Below are positions 1-9,969 of a stretch of DNA of 64,000 nucleotides, piece after piece. Below the pieces are notes generated by a model. That model saw nothing but the letters and a program-made list of their open reading frames with translations, did no database searches and had not been told where the DNA came from. The position numbers were made by a program, and so were the translations under genes. Source of the DNA: an uncultured bacterium (lineage in GTDB: Bacteria; Patescibacteriota; Minisyncoccia; UBA6257; GWB1-50-10); contig CAIKKG010000024.1 of assembly GCA_903827975.1 (NCBI GenBank), forward strand, positions 523 through 64,522. The letters are read 5' to 3'. Positions within the stretch are counted from its first letter, which is position 1; the number at the start of each line of letters is the position of its first letter.

Positions 1-985
1 CTACGGTAACCACATCACCCATAGTAACCTGATCGGTATCCATAAGATTTGAAATAGGTACAACGATATGACGCTCGATTACGCGCTTGAGCTGTCTTGC
101 GCCATATTTCGCGTCGGTGCCCTCTGACAAAAGGAAATTGCGAGCAGCATCCGTATAATGAATTATGAAATTCTTTTCTATTGGGGCTTGAAAAATAATT
201 CGTTCCTGAACCTTCTTTAATTCAATATCAAGAATCTTTTCCATGTGACTTGGTAAAAGCGAGTGAAAAACAATTACTCTATCAAGTCGATTCATAAATT
301 CCGGTGAGAAGTGATGGCTTGCCGCAGTCTTTGCGGTTTTATAAATCTTCTTATCCAGCTCCACACCGTCTTCTTTTATTCCTGGATGAAAGCCAATACC
401 CCCACCAGTTAATTCGGACATCTCACGCGAGGCAAGGTTTGATGTAAAAAATATCATGGTCTCAGTAAAGTCCACAAAATTTCCATCTCCGAGAGTTAGA
501 GTTCCCTCATCAAGAACGCCCAAGAGAAGTTCCCATAGCGCGCCAGATGCTTTTTCAATCTCATCAAACAATACCAATGATATTTTTGTTTCTTCTGTAT
601 GGTAAAGCTTCAGCCGTTCATTTGTAATCCGAGGTTTTCTATCTGAGCCAACATACCCCGGAGGTGAGCCGAGAAGTTTACTTATCTCGTGGCTACGCTG
701 AAACTCTGCACAATCGATTTTAAGAACCGCGCCAGGATTTTCGAAAAGCACATCAGCAACTGAACGCACAAGATGCGTCTTACCCGCACCAGTTGGGCCT
801 AGTAAAAGGAAACTTGCAATCGGCTTCTCATAAGAACAAAGTCCTGAGCGCCACGTCTGCAGCGCCCTTGAAACCGTTCGGATGGCCCTAGCCTGTCCGA
901 TTACACGGGATTTAAGCTCATGCTCAAATTCCATTGACCACGAACTTAAAAGAGTTGGATTGAGCCTAACGGTTTTCTTATCCAC
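1..985 (-). CDS. Clp/Hsp100-family AAA+ ATPase containing only the second nucleotide-binding (D2) domain. The C-terminus runs past the window start.
   Basis: Minus-strand translation gives (M/V)DKKTVRLNPTLLSSWSMEFEHELKSRVIGQARAIRTVSRALQTWRSGL...FLLLGPTGAGKTHLVRSVADVLF...VLFDEIEKAS...ARQLKRVIE. These are the ClpA/B/C D2 Walker A/B, sensor and arginine motifs. An in-frame TAA lies just upstream, and an AAGGGGG RBS sits 5 nt before a GTG at 983-985, so there is no D1 or N-domain. Confidence 0.7.
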   Translation of the reverse strand, partial: MDKKTVRLNPTLLSSWSMEFEHELKSRVIGQARAIRTVSRALQTWRSGLCSYEKPIASFLLLGPTGAGKTHLVRSVADVLFENPGAVLKIDCAEFQRSHEISKLLGSPPGYVGSDRKPRITNERLKLYHTEETKISLVLFDEIEKASGALWELLLGVLDEGTLTLGDGNFVDFTETMIFFTSNLASREMSELTGGGIGFHPGIKEDGVELDKKIYKTAKTAASHHFSPEFMNRLDRVIVFHSLLPSHMEKILDIELKKVQERIIFQAPIEKNFIIHYTDAARNFLLSEGTDAKYGARQLKRVIERHIVVPISNLMDTDQVTMGDVVTV

Positions 986-1189
986 GCACACCCCCTTTGG
1001 TTAGATTATTAATTAGAATTTTCTAGGATTTTAAGTTGTTAATATGTATTCTCCTTGAAAACACTGATGCTAATTGCAGTGTACTTAAATTCTGATTATG
1101 GTGTCAATTAATTGGTATTTCAGCAGGTTTGGTTTTTCCAAAATGATTGTAATGAGCCATAAAATCCTCTATTCTTTATTTTGTAATTT

Positions 1190-1277
1190 GGAGGGGTGGC
1201 TGAGTGGTCGAAGGCACACGACTCGAAATCGTGCAGGGGAGAAATCCCCTCGAGAGTTCAAATCTCTCCCCCTCCGC
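1190..1277 (+). tRNA. tRNA-Ser (anticodon CGA)
   Basis: The sequence folds as a cloverleaf with acceptor GGAGGGG/CCCCTCC, anticodon stem CACGA/TCGTG around loop CTCGAAA (anticodon CGA), a long variable arm (GCAGGGGAGAAATCCCCTCGAG) and T-loop GTTCAAATC. CCA is not encoded. Confidence 0.75.
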
Positions 1278-1298
1278 AAATATTTTTTGTTGTGATGT

Positions 1299-2366
1299 AT
1301 GCACTCTGTTACAATAAAAAGAATGAGACGAGAAAATTCCAGAATAGTTAAGACTGTTCGTAATGTGATGCCGGCCGTAGTTTCAATTGCTCTCACAAAG
1401 CCGTTAGACGAACTTAAAAAGGAGTTTGATGGTATAAAAAGAAAACCTAAAAATGCGAGGTTCTCAATTCCTGCGGAAAAAATTGATGCTCGTGGAATGG
1501 TTGATGTTGGTGGAGGTTCTGGCTTCATCGTTGATAAATCAGGAATCATACTCACAAATCGTCACGTGATTGATGAAGATGGCGTTGAATATTCTGTAAC
1601 GACTTCGGACGGTAGAAAGTTTAGCGCAAAATTATTAGCCCGTGATCCAGTTGATGATGTAGCAATACTTAAAATAGAATCTGAAAAGAAACTCCCATAT
1701 GTAGATTTGGGTGATTCGTCGGACATCGAACTCGGACAAAGAGCACTCGCATTCGGTAATGCTCTCGGAATATTTAAAGACACGGTTTCTATGGGAATTA
1801 TTTCCGGCCTCTCAAGAGCAGTATCTGCGCATGGCGACCCAAAGGCACCGATGCAGGAGATGAGGGGACTCATTCAGACAGATGCGGCAATTAATCCAGG
1901 TAACTCTGGTGGTCCACTCGTTACAATATACGGAGATGTAATAGGTATAAATGCAGCAATTGTTTCTGGTGCTGAAAATATCAGCTTTGCAATTCCAATT
2001 AACTCTGCAAAGCGCGATCTTAATGATTTAAAAAAATATGGTCGCATTCGTCGCCCGCTACTTGGGGTTCGTTATCTGATACTTAACGAGGACTTTAAAG
2101 AAAAAATGAATCTCTCTGTTTCATATGGCGCGCTTATCACGAAAGAGCATCCGATGGATATCGCGGTTGTTGAAGCGAGTCCCGCTGCAGATGCAGATCT
2201 TAGGGAGAATGATATTATCCTTTCCTGGAACAATGAGGACGTGGTGAGTAATAAAAGTATTCAGGACTTTTTAGAAAATTCTAATGTGGGCGACGTCATT
2301 AAACTATCGGTATTGCGTGGCGAGAAAATGTTAGATAAGGAGGTTACACTAACCGAGAGAAATTAA
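1299..2366 (+). CDS. htrA: Trypsin-like serine protease of the HtrA/DegP (S1C) family with a C-terminal PDZ domain
   Basis: The 355-aa ORF carries the catalytic His (TNRHVI), Asp (DVAILK) and GNSGGPL serine motif, followed by a PDZ-like C-terminus. Confidence 0.8.
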   Translation: MHSVTIKRMRRENSRIVKTVRNVMPAVVSIALTKPLDELKKEFDGIKRKPKNARFSIPAEKIDARGMVDVGGGSGFIVDKSGIILTNRHVIDEDGVEYSVTTSDGRKFSAKLLARDPVDDVAILKIESEKKLPYVDLGDSSDIELGQRALAFGNALGIFKDTVSMGIISGLSRAVSAHGDPKAPMQEMRGLIQTDAAINPGNSGGPLVTIYGDVIGINAAIVSGAENISFAIPINSAKRDLNDLKKYGRIRRPLLGVRYLILNEDFKEKMNLSVSYGALITKEHPMDIAVVEASPAADADLRENDIILSWNNEDVVSNKSIQDFLENSNVGDVIKLSVLRGEKMLDKEVTLTERN

Positions 2367-2375
2367 TACTGAAAT

Positions 2376-2402
2376 CAAAAAACGCCGTTAGGCGTTTTTT
2401 GT
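2376..2402 (+). terminator. Rho-independent terminator after htrA
   Basis: AAAAAACGCCGTTAGGCGTTTTTTG forms a GC hairpin followed by a T-run. Confidence 0.7.
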
Positions 2403-2416
2403 TTGCTTATATTTTT

Positions 2417-3346
2417 TTAATATACATACTCATCGACCACCAACCCCTGCTTATCAAAAAGAATTATGCGGTCATGAGATGAATCAAATGTCATTGGCTC
2501 GGAGTTCCATGTTCTCCAATCATTAGAGAAAAATCCAGCATCTGTGCGGTGTTCGTTATAACAAGAAATATGATTTTGATTGCTTATTATAGTTCTACAC
2601 TCAGCCTCAACTAATCCACTTATTCTGTTTAATTCATCTGGCTTTGGTGTCACGCACGTACTTAGAGAGCGCACAAAATCCTGACACTTTCCACTTAAAA
2701 GAATTAATTTTGTGTAACTCGCAATCGGACACTCATTAGGCAGACTAGGACTTATTTTATATTTCTCGTTCAGATAACCAGTGCACTTATTTAATCTGAA
2801 GTTAGAGCCGAACGCACTATACCATCCATATACATAGACCCTCCCGCCAGCATCCAGCGTTATGTCAGATAACTGCATTGTTCCAAATACGCTTGGATTA
2901 TAATCTGGAATTGCCTGCGAAATAATAACTGAATTACCTTTGTTTCCGTGCACGCTCCATCCAGTTACATTGATTGGGCTCTTAATAGATTGGTCTGCAT
3001 ATATTGCGAACTGACCACCATCTGGCGGGTAAATATTTGAATTCGGACGAGAAAACGAATCGATGTGAACCTGCTTATAATATGGTGATAGCTGTTCAGC
3101 AGAAAATCCGATTGGTGGGGTCGGTGGGGCTGGTGGCGTCACTTGAGTTGTCTGATTGTTCTGCCCCTGACCAGAGGTTGTTGTCTGAGTACCGTTCGTG
3201 TTTGTACCTTGACTCGTAGTTCCTGAGCCTACACCACTAGGAAGTGTAAACATACTTTTTAGATTTACTCCCTTAAATACATTAAATAAAATAAATACTC
3301 CGAGGCCCACAATTAACAACCACAGAATTGCTGATCCTTTGCGCAT
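2417..3346 (-). CDS. Hypothetical membrane-anchored exported protein with a Thr/Gln/Gly-rich and PPAPPTPP linker
   Basis: The 309-aa ORF has an N-terminal TM helix, a low-complexity T/Q/N-rich segment, a proline linker and a Cys-containing C-terminal domain. It lies 5 nt downstream of leuS on the same strand. Confidence 0.55.
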   Translation of the reverse strand: MRKGSAILWLLIVGLGVFILFNVFKGVNLKSMFTLPSGVGSGTTSQGTNTNGTQTTTSGQGQNNQTTQVTPPAPPTPPIGFSAEQLSPYYKQVHIDSFSRPNSNIYPPDGGQFAIYADQSIKSPINVTGWSVHGNKGNSVIISQAIPDYNPSVFGTMQLSDITLDAGGRVYVYGWYSAFGSNFRLNKCTGYLNEKYKISPSLPNECPIASYTKLILLSGKCQDFVRSLSTCVTPKPDELNRISGLVEAECRTIISNQNHISCYNEHRTDAGFFSNDWRTWNSEPMTFDSSHDRIILFDKQGLVVDEYVY

Positions 3347-3350
3347 ATAT

Positions 3351-5792
3351 TTATAGTACGAAATTTATTAGTCTATCTTCCACGAAAATAGTTTTCTTAA
3401 TCTCCTTACCATTAAGTATGCCACTAACAGTACTATTTTTCATTGCCTCTACTTTTGCATCGGCCTCTGAAATTCCAACTGGTACAGTAATTCTGGACTT
3501 AAATTTGCCATTAATCTGAACGACTAATTCAAATGTGTCTTCAACTGTCTTACTATGTTCAAAGGTTGGCCATTTTGAAATATGGATTGATTTTTTATTT
3601 CCTAGCTCGTACCAAAGTTCTTCTGTGATGTGTGGCGCAAATGGCGCAATTAGTTTAATCAAAACTTCAAACTCTTTTCGACTTAACCCTTTCTCTTCAA
3701 CTTTATTTAATAGAACCATTAGAGAACTTATCGCTGTATTGTACTGAAGGTTCTCAATATCACTTGTCACCTTCTTTATTGTCTGGTGCAAAATTCTCTC
3801 CCTGCTTTCATCTTTTGCTACTTTTTCTTTTTCAATAACACGTTGTCCCAATCTCCAAACACGATCTAAAAATCTCGTTATTCCAAGCATTCCTGCATCG
3901 CGAAAATCTCCACCCTGCTCAAATGGAGCTAGGAACATTAGATATGTGCGAAGAGTGTCCGCTCCGAATCTCTTTATATACTCGTCTGGATTAACTACAT
4001 TCCCTTTTGACTTAGACATCTTTGCTCCATCCTTAATCAAAAGTCCGTGAGCTCTGAATTTAGTGAATGGCTCCTCAAAATTAATTATTCCTATATCACT
4101 CAAAACCATTGTTATAAATCTTGAGTAAAGAAGATGAAGAACTGAGTGCTCAGCTCCACCAATATACTCATTTACTGGTAGCCATTTCTTTGTAATCGCG
4201 TCATCCCACGCAACTTTTTTGTTAGTCGCACTTGGGTATCGTAAAAAGTACCATGCTGAATCAAGGAATGTGTCTGACACGTCTGTCTCTCTGCGTGCTA
4301 CGCTTCCACAACGAGGACATTTTGCCGAGTGAAATGATTTAACCGAGGCGAGAGGTGACTCTCCGGTACCCTCTGGGCGAAATTCTTTTACATTAGGAAG
4401 TATTATAGGCAACTCTTTCTCAGGAACTGCAAACCAGCCGGGCATTCCCTTCTGCTCTCCAATACCACCGAATGCGCACTCCTCGCAAAATATCATTGGA
4501 ATTGGTGGGCTCCAGTAACGCTGACGAGAGACCAACCAGTCTCGAATACGAAACTGTATTTTTCTCTCACCCCCAACCAACTTAACAATCTCCCACATAG
4601 CGTCAGCACTTTTCATTCCGTTAAATTTTTCGGAATTTACAAGCGTTCCCTCTCCTGCGAATGACTCTGTTTGTGCCTCACCTGGTTTTAGACCGCCCCC
4701 ATCAATTACTACCTTAATTGGTATTTTAAACTTCTTGGCGAATGCAAAATCTCGCTCGTCGTGTGCGGGCACAGCCATAATTGCTCCAGTTCCGTATCCT
4801 GATAATACATAATCACTTATATATATTGGGATTCCATCTCCACTTGCGGGGTTAATTGCGAGAACTCCCTTAAGCTCAACACCGGTTTTTTCCTTGCTAC
4901 CCATTGCTCGCTCCTCTTCTGTTTTCTTAACTGTTAAATCAATATATTTTTTTACCTCTCCGAAATTTAGAATTTTCGTTTTCAGTTTCTGCACTAGTTC
5001 GTGCTCAGGAGCTAAGACAACATAAGTTGCTCCATATAACGTATCTGGTCGTGTTGTAAATACTTTTATTACCTGTGGGAAATCTGAAACTGCAAAATTA
5101 ATTTCTGCGCCTTCTGATTTTCCAATCCAGTTTTTTTGCGCGATCTTAACACGCTCTGACCAATCTAGATTCTCTAAATTATGTAAAAGACGATCAGCAT
5201 AATCAGTGATTCTGAAGAACCACTGCTCCAAATCTTTTTTTGGTGCAACGCTGCTACATCGCTCACACTTACTTGCTATTACCTGCTCATCAGCAAGAAC
5301 TGTTTTACAACTTGGGCACCAGTTTACCGATTGCTTCTTTCGATATGCGAGTCCGCGCTTCCACATCTGAACAAATAACCACTGAGTCCACTTATAATAT
5401 TCCGCGTCGTATGTCTCAACATGTTCATTCCACGCAAACCCATTTCCAAGTATCTCAAGTTGCTTATAAAATCTTTTTTCGGAAATTTTAGATTGTTTAA
5501 TAGGGTGCGTTCCTATTTTCATCGCATAATTTTCTGAGTGGATTCCAAATCCATCAAGTCCGATTGGTTCAAAAACATCATAACCGTTCATTCTCTTGAA
5601 TCGCCCGTAGATATCCGAACCAGTGAACGCATACATATTGCCAACATGTAAGCCTTCCGCCGAAGGATATGGGAACATCATGAGATTATAAAAAGGATTT
5701 TTTGCCTTTTTTAAATCTGGTTCATATATTCCATCCTTTAACCATTTCTTCTGCCACCTACTCTCGATTTTTGAAAACTCATACTTCTTCAT
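3351..5792 (-). CDS. leuS: Leucine--tRNA ligase
   Basis: The 813-aa protein has a HIGH-type motif (HVGNMYAFTGSDIYGRF), a KMSKS motif (KMSKSKGN) and a CP1 editing region. Confidence 0.95.
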   Translation of the reverse strand: MKKYEFSKIESRWQKKWLKDGIYEPDLKKAKNPFYNLMMFPYPSAEGLHVGNMYAFTGSDIYGRFKRMNGYDVFEPIGLDGFGIHSENYAMKIGTHPIKQSKISEKRFYKQLEILGNGFAWNEHVETYDAEYYKWTQWLFVQMWKRGLAYRKKQSVNWCPSCKTVLADEQVIASKCERCSSVAPKKDLEQWFFRITDYADRLLHNLENLDWSERVKIAQKNWIGKSEGAEINFAVSDFPQVIKVFTTRPDTLYGATYVVLAPEHELVQKLKTKILNFGEVKKYIDLTVKKTEEERAMGSKEKTGVELKGVLAINPASGDGIPIYISDYVLSGYGTGAIMAVPAHDERDFAFAKKFKIPIKVVIDGGGLKPGEAQTESFAGEGTLVNSEKFNGMKSADAMWEIVKLVGGERKIQFRIRDWLVSRQRYWSPPIPMIFCEECAFGGIGEQKGMPGWFAVPEKELPIILPNVKEFRPEGTGESPLASVKSFHSAKCPRCGSVARRETDVSDTFLDSAWYFLRYPSATNKKVAWDDAITKKWLPVNEYIGGAEHSVLHLLYSRFITMVLSDIGIINFEEPFTKFRAHGLLIKDGAKMSKSKGNVVNPDEYIKRFGADTLRTYLMFLAPFEQGGDFRDAGMLGITRFLDRVWRLGQRVIEKEKVAKDESRERILHQTIKKVTSDIENLQYNTAISSLMVLLNKVEEKGLSRKEFEVLIKLIAPFAPHITEELWYELGNKKSIHISKWPTFEHSKTVEDTFELVVQINGKFKSRITVPVGISEADAKVEAMKNSTVSGILNGKEIKKTIFVEDRLINFVL

Positions 5793-5831
5793 ATTGTTTA
5801 TTGTACTTCAAAAAATGCTACTTCTACAAAT

Positions 5832-5861
5832 ATTAAAAACCGCCCTAATATTGGGCGGTTT
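5832..5861. terminator. Bidirectional terminator hairpin between leuS and the pyrophosphatase gene
   Basis: AAAAACCGCCCTAATATTGGGCGGTTTTTAA. Confidence 0.6.
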
Positions 5862-5874
5862 TTAATAACTTCGC

Positions 5875-8271
5875 TTAGTTTGTTTTAATGCGCATTCCGT
5901 AAAATGAACGCCAAACGAATACGAGTGATATTACAAAGAATATTGCTGATAGAATTAGGCTTGTCGTGCGAGGAAGTGTTATCGCAAGCTCAACCGCTAA
6001 AAGTCCGAAAAGTGTTGTGAACTTAATAATCGGATTCATCGCAACAGATGAGGTGTCCTTAAATGGATCGCCAACTGTATCTCCAACAACAGTTGCGGCG
6101 TGTAGCGGAGTATTCTTCTGCCTAAGCTCTGTCTCAACGAGTTTCTTCGCATTATCCCAAGCACCACCTGCGTTTGCCATGAAGATTGCCTGGTATAGAC
6201 CGAAAAGCGCAATAGAGATTAGATATCCAATAAAGAAGTATGGCTCTAGTGATGCAAATGCAAGTGTACTAAAGAATACAACTAAGAAAATATTGAACAT
6301 TCCTTTCTGAGCAAACTTTGTGCAGATCTCAACAACTTTTTTAGAATCCTCAATAGATGCCTTTTCTAAATTATCATCGAGTTTTATTTTTGCCTTAATG
6401 AATTCAACAGCGCGATAGGCTCCTGTAACAACAGCCTGAATTGATGCTCCAGAGAACCAATAAATTACAGCGCCACCAGTTATGAGACCAAGAAGAAATG
6501 GTGGATGGAGAATAGAAAGATTACTCACCAAGTCTGGCCTTAGACCCTTTGTCAAAACCATAATAATAGAAAAAATAAGTGTCGTGGCTCCAACAACAGC
6601 GGTTCCAATTAATACGGGCTTTGCTGTTGCTTTAAACGTATTGCCAGCACCATCATTTTCTTCCAAAAACTCTTTTGCTTTTTCAAACTCTGGTTCAAAT
6701 CCAAACTCCTTTTTAATCTCTGCACTGATGTTTGGAAGCGTTTCAATTGTTGATAGTTCATAGACTGATTGTGCGTTGTCCGTTACTGGACCGTACGAAT
6801 CTACAGCAATTGTAATTGGCCCAAGTCCCAAAAATCCAAAGGCCACAAGTCCAAATGCGAATACCGCAGGAGCAATCATAATGCTTCCAAGTCCCATGGT
6901 ACTTATTCCATAAGCGATTGCCATGAGTGCTGTGATTGTTAGGCCAGTCCAGTACGCACTGAAATTACCAGCAACCAATCCTGACAAAACATTAAGAGAT
7001 GCCCCACCCTCTCGTGATGCAGAAATAATCTCATCCACGTGCTTTGATTTTGTTGATGTGAATACTTTTACTAACTCAGGAATAAGTGCTCCGGCAAGTG
7101 TTCCACAACTTATTATTGAGGTGAGTTTCCACCATAATGTTCCGTCTCCAAGTGAGGGGATTAAGAAGTATGAGACCAAAAATGTAACACCAATAGAAAT
7201 AACAGACATAATCCATACCAATGTAGTAAGTGGAACTTCAAAATTCATCTTGTCTGCATTTTTAAAACGTGAATATGTGATACTCTCGTTTATTGCGTAA
7301 GAGATTACACTCGTTACAACCATCATAATGCGCATAGCAAATATCCAAACAAGTAGCTGTGTCTGCACGAGTGCTGCTCCTACAGCCAATAGTATGAATG
7401 TGATTAATGCAACGCCAGTTACTCCATACGTTTCAAATCCGTCCGCTGTCGGACCAACTGAATCACCAGCATTATCACCAACACAGTCTGCAATAACACC
7501 AGGGTTGCGCGCATCGTCCTCTTTAATTCCAAAAATAATCTTCATGAGGTCCGCACCAATATCTGCAATTTTTGTAAATATTCCTCCTGCAACACGAAGT
7601 GCTGCTGCACCAAGCGATTCACCTATTGCAAACCCTATAAGACATGAGCCGGCGAATTCTCCAGGAACAAAAAGTAGAATTGCTAACATCAAAAATAATT
7701 CGACACTTATTAGAAGCGTACCAACACTCATTCCAGCTTGAAGTGGAATCTGGCATGTTGGGAGTGGCTTACCTCTAAGTCCCGCGAATGCCGTGCGTGA
7801 ATTTGCAAACGTATTAATGCGAATTCCAAACCACGCTACTCCGTAACTTCCCAAAATACCGATGACACTGAACAAGAGAATTGTTAAAACGCGTAAAGCC
7901 TCAAAATGTCTAAGATATCCGAAATAAGCAACAATGATTATTCCGATAAAAGCCTCCAAAATCATAAGAAACTTTCCCTGTGTAATAAGATATGTTTTGC
8001 ATGTCTCATAAATAAGCTCTGAAATTTCTTTCATTGCTTTATGTACCGGAAGCTTCTTAACACGGGTAAACATTACCAAACCAAATAACATTCCAAGAGC
8101 GGAGACTAACATACCCCACAGCAAAAGCGTGTGACCATCTATACCCCACATAAATGTCGCTGACCTAAAATCTGGCAAAATAAGTTCCGCTTCACTTGCG
8201 TGTGCAACAGGAACCATAATTACTGCGATTGCTGATACTACTGATGTGATAGCTGCTAATAATTTACTCAT
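5875..8271 (-). CDS. hppA: Membrane-bound proton/sodium-translocating pyrophosphatase (V-type H+-PPase)
   Basis: The 798-aa polytopic protein contains the GGIFTKIADIGADL and DCVGDNAGD (GDNVGD-type) signature motifs. Confidence 0.9.
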   Translation of the reverse strand: MSKLLAAITSVVSAIAVIMVPVAHASEAELILPDFRSATFMWGIDGHTLLLWGMLVSALGMLFGLVMFTRVKKLPVHKAMKEISELIYETCKTYLITQGKFLMILEAFIGIIIVAYFGYLRHFEALRVLTILLFSVIGILGSYGVAWFGIRINTFANSRTAFAGLRGKPLPTCQIPLQAGMSVGTLLISVELFLMLAILLFVPGEFAGSCLIGFAIGESLGAAALRVAGGIFTKIADIGADLMKIIFGIKEDDARNPGVIADCVGDNAGDSVGPTADGFETYGVTGVALITFILLAVGAALVQTQLLVWIFAMRIMMVVTSVISYAINESITYSRFKNADKMNFEVPLTTLVWIMSVISIGVTFLVSYFLIPSLGDGTLWWKLTSIISCGTLAGALIPELVKVFTSTKSKHVDEIISASREGGASLNVLSGLVAGNFSAYWTGLTITALMAIAYGISTMGLGSIMIAPAVFAFGLVAFGFLGLGPITIAVDSYGPVTDNAQSVYELSTIETLPNISAEIKKEFGFEPEFEKAKEFLEENDGAGNTFKATAKPVLIGTAVVGATTLIFSIIMVLTKGLRPDLVSNLSILHPPFLLGLITGGAVIYWFSGASIQAVVTGAYRAVEFIKAKIKLDDNLEKASIEDSKKVVEICTKFAQKGMFNIFLVVFFSTLAFASLEPYFFIGYLISIALFGLYQAIFMANAGGAWDNAKKLVETELRQKNTPLHAATVVGDTVGDPFKDTSSVAMNPIIKFTTLFGLLAVELAITLPRTTSLILSAIFFVISLVFVWRSFYGMRIKTN

Positions 8272-8303
8272 GGTGTTTGTATATTAGTTATTCGATTATT
8301 TTT

Positions 8304-9515
8304 TTATTCTTTTACTTCTTCTTCACTAGAAACAATTGCTGCAACCCCACCATCCTGAGCCTCATCTGGATTTGATTGTGAACGAACATCAATCTTCCAT
8401 CCAGTAAGCTTTGCTGCAAGTCTTACATTCTGCCCACCCTTTCCGATTGCTAGTGATAGTTGATCCTCCGGTACAAGTATTCTTGCTTCGTGATGACCAA
8501 GTATCTCAACTAGTTTTGTTTTTGCTGGAGATATTGCGTTAGCAATAAATTTTGCAGGATCATCTGACCACTCAATAATATCTATTTTTTCATTACCAAG
8601 CTCATTTGTTACCGCCATTACTCTTGTGCCACGCTGTCCAACAGCAGATCCAACTGGATCAACACCCTCTTCTTTTGAAGACACCGCTATCTTACTTCTA
8701 CTACCTGGCTCACGAGCAACTTGTTTTATTTCAACAATTCCTTCTGCAATTTCAGGGACCTCAAGCTCAAATAATTTTGAAACAAATTTTGAGTGTGAAC
8801 GAGATAGAACAATTCCCGGATGTCGTACGTCCTGCTGAACCGTAGCAACATAAAATCTCATTCGCTCGCCAACGCGATAATGCTCTCCCTGGATTCCGTC
8901 TCCTTGAAACATGACTCCGATTGCGCGACCAAGGTCCACATAAACATTTCCTCGATCAAAGCGCTGTATTATTCCACTGACTATCTCTCCCTGTCTGCCA
9001 GCAAATTCTTCCTGTACAGATGCACGTTCTGCATCGCGGATATTTTGTAATACAACTTGCTTTGCTGTCTGTGCTGCAATTCTTCCAAAATCAGAATGAG
9101 ACTCTAAAGGAAATTCTAACTCCTCTCCGATTTCTGCATCTTTTTTAATATCTTTTGCTTCCTCTAAAAATATGTGGCGGTCTGCGTTATATCTAGGAAG
9201 TAATTCTCCCTCGTCTTCTGGCTCCTCTCTTTTTTCAAATCTTGCGCGTGGTGCTTCTTTTGTTTCTGTTTCTGTAACTTCTTCCTCCTCAATAATTCGA
9301 ACTTGCTCTGGATCAACAACTGTTTTTACCTGCCAAAATTTTAATCCACCCGTCTTTGAATCAAATTTTGCACGAATAACCTCTCCGCGCTTTCTGTATT
9401 CTTTTTTATATGCGGCTGCAATTGCGGCCTCGATTGCGCTAAAAACTTTCTCCGGAGAAATTCCTTTCTCGGTTGCAATCTGCTGAACTGCTGCGCCCAA
9501 TTCTTTTATATTCAT
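8304..9515 (-). CDS. nusA: Transcription termination/antitermination factor NusA
   Basis: The 403-aa protein has a conserved N-terminal domain plus S1 and tandem KH domains (GKGGQNVRLAAKLTGWKIDV). Confidence 0.9.
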   Translation of the reverse strand: MNIKELGAAVQQIATEKGISPEKVFSAIEAAIAAAYKKEYRKRGEVIRAKFDSKTGGLKFWQVKTVVDPEQVRIIEEEEVTETETKEAPRARFEKREEPEDEGELLPRYNADRHIFLEEAKDIKKDAEIGEELEFPLESHSDFGRIAAQTAKQVVLQNIRDAERASVQEEFAGRQGEIVSGIIQRFDRGNVYVDLGRAIGVMFQGDGIQGEHYRVGERMRFYVATVQQDVRHPGIVLSRSHSKFVSKLFELEVPEIAEGIVEIKQVAREPGSRSKIAVSSKEEGVDPVGSAVGQRGTRVMAVTNELGNEKIDIIEWSDDPAKFIANAISPAKTKLVEILGHHEARILVPEDQLSLAIGKGGQNVRLAAKLTGWKIDVRSQSNPDEAQDGGVAAIVSSEEEVKE

Positions 9516-9620
9516 TTTTGTTTAAAATTTTATCCGCTCTTATTGAGCGGACTTTGACCTTCGAATATAGTATAACACATATATATTTAGGTGCAAGGCG
9601 ATATTGACATACCAAAAAGA

Positions 9621-9652
9621 AAAAGCCCCGCAATATACGGGGCTTTAATTTA
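9621..9652 (-). terminator. Rho-independent terminator after the small upstream gene and before the nusA leader
   Basis: A GCCCCGCAATATACGGGGC hairpin with a T-run on the minus strand. Confidence 0.55.
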
Positions 9653-9949
9653 TAATAGTAACCTCTCCCAGTCACCAGAAATATATTCACGCGCCTCAAC
9701 ATTAAAGGCGTCAATCAGATAATTCCCCTCAGCCTCAAAAACGCATTTCCTCCTCTTTTTTACTATGACCCAGCACCAACCGCTCATTCCGGATGCGGAT
9801 GCAATCTTGGTCTCAATTCTAATACCCCTACCCACAAACTTCATGTGTTTAAACATGAAAAAGTTATGCGAGTCGATCTGGACCACAGAACCGTTTTTCT
9901 TTACGAAAAGAATTACCTTATTGACCACCTCTTCGAATGTGAATGGCAT
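9650..9949 (-). CDS. Hypothetical protein of about 100 aa, the second gene of a two-gene unit of unknown function
   Basis: The ORF is preceded by GAGGTG 7 nt before ATG (MPFTFEEV...). It has 45-50% GC, above the local average, and no recognisable motifs. Confidence 0.5.
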   Translation of the reverse strand: MPFTFEEVVNKVILFVKKNGSVVQIDSHNFFMFKHMKFVGRGIRIETKIASASGMSGWCWVIVKKRRKCVFEAEGNYLIDAFNVEAREYISGDWERLLL

Positions 9950-9969
9950 CGTACACCTCACTATAGTGG

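Noticed and set aside
1098-1555. ORFs 1098-1295 (+) and 1169-1555 (-) overlapping the tRNA-Ser and the htrA start
   Set aside because: They overlap a well-folded tRNA and the 5' end of htrA, and have no RBS, so they are spurious.
5966-7741. Four plus-strand ORFs (114-137 aa) inside the hppA coding region
   Set aside because: They lie entirely antisense to a well-supported 798-aa pyrophosphatase gene and have low-complexity Ser/Ala/Thr-rich translations typical of antisense frames of membrane-protein genes.
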